DNA of 64,000 nucleotides from Isurus oxyrinchus (Eukaryota): NCBI GenBank assembly GCA_026770705.1, contig JANJGN010000016.1, positions 53,754,001 to 53,818,000 of the forward strand, read 5' to 3'. Shown piece by piece: positions 58,990 to 64,000 of this stretch (position 1 is its first letter; each line of letters starts with the position of its first letter). The notes under the pieces were generated by a model. It saw only the letters and a program-made list of their open reading frames with translations, ran no database searches and was not told where the DNA came from. The position numbers and the translations under genes were made by a program.

Positions 58990-61400
58990 CACAATGGGAA
59001 AACGTTTGGAAAGCACTAGCCTAGACTGAACTGGTGAAACTCTTCATTATGTCCCAACAAGGGTCTCGTGTATCTTGTGGACTGCACAATCTGGCATTGC
59101 AGAAGGTTGAAAGGGTAGGACAATGAGGACATCACTGATCACGATCCCTCCTCAGATTGTGAGGGGCCGTCTGACCGGGTGATGCAAGATGAGAGATGCA
59201 TTGCACTACAAGTATAGCACAATGAGATATGTGCAAGAGAGGATTAGGATTCCTCATTACACAGCTGCTTCCTGTGACCTTTTGCCCTTTTGACACCTTT
59301 AATTTACATTCCATTGCCCAACATCCAGGCACAGTGTGCAAAGTGGCAGTGTTAAGGAGCTAAACATATGCCCCTTAGTCCACTGCTTCAAGGCCCTTAA
59401 GGGAGAAAGGATGGAGATGAGGGCAGCATGAATTAGAATGAGAGACAGCAACAATGAGTGAAAGAATTATTGAGACACACAACAGAATCAAGATTTAACA
59501 TTGAAGTATTGCAATCACTCATGAATCCCAAGTGCAGTTAGAGCTCTACTGAGCTCTCGTACAAGTGCTTTTACAAGGTGCTAACCTGTCGCATGCAGCT
59601 GAGATGGAGACAGGATGCTGCCTCATGACCTGATATAAGCATGTTAGCCATCCTCTGGCTGTCTGAGGTCCGGAGAACCCTAGCATGCTGAGGGACTCAT
59701 GCATCTGTACAGGTGCAGAATGCTCCTCTCTCATTGTGGTTTCTTGAGGTGATGATCCCACAAGTAGAGCTTTTGTCCACATGAGCTTTGTCCCTAGGAA
59801 CCCCAGAAGCAGAAGGCAGCCTATCTCCTCCCTTACAAGACACACTTGTACCTGCTGGCTGTCCTGAGAAGAATGAGGAGTTGGTGGTGAATCCAGGTGA
59901 CTTGTTCTCTACCTGCTTTGACACTGCTGCTGCATTGAGCTCATGAACTAGGTGATGACACACAGTCTGTGTGCACCTCCGGCAACCGCTGAGTGTTCTG
60001 CTGGCTCTGGCTGCCTATGAGGCTCAACAATCTTTTGATGGAGGAAACCAGGTCATGCACCCATCAGGGCCATGGCAGTACTCATGGCATGAATGGACCT
60101 CTCTATCATCCACACATGGATGAATAAAGCCTGTGGAAGCTCTGCCACATGTTCCCTCATCTCTCCCTGTAGCTGCAGTTTCCATGTTGTGGCTAACTCT
60201 ATAGTTACATCATCAGCAAGGGGCTCAGGATGAGCCTGGTCATTCACAGTCTGCCAACTGTCAGTGACCTTGACCTCTGTCAACAGCTCAGACAAATCTG
60301 TGATGTGTTTACCAGACTGTGCCCCTGAATCAAATGACATGCCCACTGATATGAGAGTATCTTGCTGGTGGAAAGTGTCGGGGGAAAGATGTGACACTGC
60401 ACCCACTGAGGAACCCTCCTCCACCTCAGAGCTGACTGGCTGGCCCCAGACTGCTCTTTGTCCCTCAGTTTACCCCTGACCTGCATGAGAAAACATAAAC
60501 CTGGAAAGGTTAAGTACTCCCAATTCCTAATCCAAACATGTCTGCTGTGAAAATTCAAATGTCCAATGTTGGTCACATGAGCACTATGCCTTGTTTGTGC
60601 CAGATGTACCCTGGTGCAACCCTACTCATTCTCTCAGCCTCTTGCACTGGCAGTCCCATTTCATCATCAGAAAATGCCCCTTCATCCTGGTGCCCCGCCA
60701 ACTCCAACATGCCCTTCTCCTTGGGGCTGAGGGTGTGGAAGTACGACACACTCCTCCAGTTGGTGCATTCTTTGGTGTTGTCGGCCCTTTTCTCTGACAA
60801 GCATGAGAAGAAAGACTGTTAGTTTACCATGGAGACTAAGTATATCATCTCTGCTGGTGGGGGCCCAGCGGTCCATGATGGAAGCACACGAATGTCACCT
60901 GCATATTGCCGGTTCTGGGGGTTAGCTAAGGCATGTGGCAGCCTCTCTGAAAAAGGCAGCCATACCTCTGACAGGATATGCTGCTGACTGATGGTCTCTC
61001 CCTTAGAACCAAGCACATGCTTTCACATTAAGCAAACAGGAAAGAGATATGAAGTGCTCACTTTAGCAGAACAAATATGGTCATGAATGTGTTACGGCAT
61101 GGATTCAGGTTTGGAGATGGGGGGTGACCACAGAGCTGCTGAATTCATCCAGGATCTCCATTCAGGCTTGGTTCGGCAAGCAGGGACCTCTCCTCCTCCC
61201 ATCTCTTGAGAAAAGAACCTAGCACCTTGCGCTTGTAACCTACATGTGACTGTGCAGGGAGGCATCACAGGGCCGGGGCCATACAGGGTCTACCTTCTGC
61301 TATTGTTTCAGCAGCCTTCCAGTCTGATCGTTGGCTGTTTTGAAACATCAGTGAAGGAGGATTTAGCAGCAGCAACAGTAACAGGATGGTTCAAGACAGC
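58990..61400. mobile_element. Decayed Harbinger: transposase 3' remnant on +, Myb/SANT-type remnant on -
   Basis: GETLHYVPTRVS..LHNLALQK; minus ORFs resemble 36000-37600. Confidence 0.6.
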
Positions 61401-61440
61401 AGAAACAGGGTAGGGTTCAAGACAAAAGTAACTGGATGGG

Positions 61441-63570
61441 TGTGATAATTTAGTGTGTAATGTACCTTTAAGAGCTATACTTATTAGAGAAAATCACGTG
61501 ATCTTATTAACCAATAGGAGAGTAGTGTGGGCTACCTCTAGGCAGTGTAGATTTGGATGGAGTTGGAATTGGAAACACATGTAATTGCTGTTGAGTACTT
61601 TGTAAGTATACTCTGGTTCTTCCATCTAAGAGGTTGTCTGCGATCCACTTCATCACATATAAAACAACTAAGCCACCCTCACAACAAACTGGCAACAAGG
61701 ATAAAACAGGATTGAACAGAAGAAATCAAGTTAAAACAAAATCAGCACTGTACCTCACCTAGTGATTGTGAGTAGCAAGCTCCGTTAGAACTGAAGAAGT
61801 TATCCCCTCTCAAAATGCCACAACTTGGGAGAATTGATCCTTTTGAACCAGCCACAGGTGATTGGTCTCTGCATAGAATGCCTCAAGTTCTTTTTTCAAG
61901 CAAACGAGATGACGCGAGAAGAGAAGAGGCAAGCGATCCTCTTAAGTACTTTTGGAGCAAGACATACAGTTTAATCCGAAGTTTGACAGCCCCCAGTCCC
62001 CTAAATTTGAAGAATTTGATGAATTGGTGGAACTTGCTAAGGGACTTTTCCAACCCAAGCCCTCAGTCACGATGCAGAAATTCAGATTTAATTCGTGAAT
62101 TAGAGCCCCAGGTGAGACAATTGCATGCTACATGGCAAATTTGAAGCAAGTAACAGAACATTGTGAGCAACGTGTTCAGAGATCATTCAGTGTATGGTGT
62201 GAAAGAGGACACTATTTAGAGAAGATTATAGTCTGAAGTAAATTTGGATTATAAGAAGGTGCTAGAGATAGCGCTGGTCATGGAAAGTGCTGTAAGATAT
62301 TCACAAGCAATACAGGGTGCACAAAATGGCGCCATCCTCCAAAACCCCCAGCCGAAAGTGGCACAATAAAGCGAGACTCTGCCGAAAAGTGGGAAACAGC
62401 CCCCGCTAACTGAAGAATAAAGAAAAATAACTTAGCAGCGCAATTGACTAATAATTTTAATAGAGGTGGAAACAATCAGTCTTTCAGCGATTGGCAGTTT
62501 TAAAAAGTCAAATGCTACTATTGTCACAAGAATGGACATATAATGAGGCAGCGCAAAGAAAGATATAAGCAGGCTTGTAAATAAAAGAAGCCCAATGAAA
62601 TCTACAATGTTGGAGAGCCTGAAACAACAAATTCTGACATGTACTCATTGTTTAATTTGAAAGCTGGAAAGACAGAGCTAATAATTGTCACAGTGAAAGT
62701 ACTGTGTGCAGTTCTGGTCACCACATTATAGGAAGAATGTAATTGCACTGGAGGGGGTGCAGAGGAGATTCACCAAGATGTTGCCGGGATGAAACACTTA
62801 TGTTATGAAGACAGGTTGGATAGACTTGGGTTGTTTTCGTTGGAGCAGAGAAGACTGAGGGGTGACATGATCGAGGTGTACAAGATTATGAGGGGCATGG
62901 ACAGGGTGGATAGGGAGCAGCTGTTCCCCTCAGTTGAAGGGTCAGTCACAAGGGGTCATAAGTTCAAGGTGAGGGGCAGGAGGTTTAGGGGGGATGTGAG
63001 GAAAAATCTTTTTACCCAGAGTGGGGTGACGATCTGGAATGCACTGCCTGGGAGGGTGGTGGACGTGGGTTGCCTCACATCCTTTAAAAAGCACTTGGCA
63101 CATCATAACATTGAAGGCTATGGGTTGGTAAATGGGAGTTAGGTAGGTAGGTCAGGTGTTTCTCACGTATCAGTGCAGACTCAATGGGCTGAAGGGCCTC
63201 TTCTGCACTGTGATTCTGTGATTCTGTGAAATGGCAAATCAGTCAAAATAGAAGTAGACATGAGAGTTTCCACTACTGTAAATGGAGAGCACATTTCCAG
63301 GTATTTGAATGATGGTGAACAGCAACTAAATAACTAAATTTGGAACACACATCTGCCAAGTTGAGAACATACACAGGTGAAGACATTCAAGTAAAAGGTA
63401 TAAGTAGAGTAACTGTCCATTATGGAAGCCAATCAGAACAGCTACCCCTGATGGTGGTAGTGAGTGAAGGGCCAAGCCTTCTAGGGTGGAATTGGTTAAG
63501 GGAAATCAACCTTGATTGGCCACTAAGATTCCAAAAGGAAGCTAGAGGCATTCCTGCTTTTAAAAAGGAG
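61441..63570 (+). mobile_element. Gypsy/Ty3 LTR retrotransposon 5' part: LTR (about 61441-61686), PBS (61690), gag, protease
   Basis: PBS-like TGGCAACAAGGAT; gag MPQLGRIDPFEPATGDW; knuckle CYYCHKNGH; protease region LRTYTGE...GPSLLGWNWL. Confidence 0.85.
62699..63226 (+). mobile_element. CR1 3' fragment nested in the Gypsy protease; same subfamily as 43321-46066
   Basis: Closely similar to 45525-46065; gattctgtgattct tail. Confidence 0.92.
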
Positions 63571-63579
63571 TGTGCAAGG

Positions 63580-64000
63580 ACTCTACAACCTGAAGAAATG
63601 CTTCTTTCAAGTGAAGCAGCACTTCACTTGCACTTCCCTCAATTTAGTCTACTGCATTCGTTGCTCCCAATGCGGTTTCCTCTACATTGGAGAGACCAAA
63701 TGCAGACTGGGTGACCGCTTTGCAGAACACCTTTGGCCTGTCCGCAAGCATGACCTAGACCTCCCTGTCGCTTGCCATTTCAACACTCCACCCTGCTCTC
63801 ATGCCCACATGTCCATTCTTGGCCTGCTGCAGTGTTCCCAGTGAAGCTCAATGCAAACTGGAGGAACAGCACCTCATCTTCTGACTAGACATTTTACAGC
63901 CTTCTGGACTGACTATTGAGTTCAACAATTTTAGATCATGAACTCTCTCCTCCATCCCCACCCCTTTTCTGATCCTCCTTTTTTCTAATAATTTATATAT
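63580..64000 (+). mobile_element. Penelope-like GIY-YIG fragment
   Basis: [31 protein letters not shown]. Confidence 0.9.

Overview
This is eukaryotic, repeat-dense vertebrate DNA. Its repeat set (CR1 LINEs, Penelope-like elements, Harbinger transposons, Deu-type SINEs) and its MHC gene point to a shark or other elasmobranch. The one intact host gene is a 7-exon non-classical MHC class I heavy-chain gene on the + strand (8651-29175, 401 aa, all introns phase 1 and GT-AG). It lacks both alpha2 disulfide cysteines and most A-pocket anchor residues, carries an unpaired alpha1 Cys, and has a long cytoplasmic tail with a YxxL motif. An ISRE/S-X-Y-like promoter lies upstream. Two remnants not shown in the ORF track lie on the minus strand: a stonustoxin/verrucotoxin-like pore-forming-protein pseudogene exon (1-801) and a probable class I cytokine-receptor-like remnant (about 49490-50257). 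Notable mobile DNA includes two TSD-flanked palindromic Penelope insertions carrying hammerhead-ribozyme motifs, and a tRNA-headed LINE together with a SINE-like derivative that shares its body and tail. Repeat boundaries are approximate unless a TSD or TIR is quoted. Family names come from motif recognition, not from database searches.
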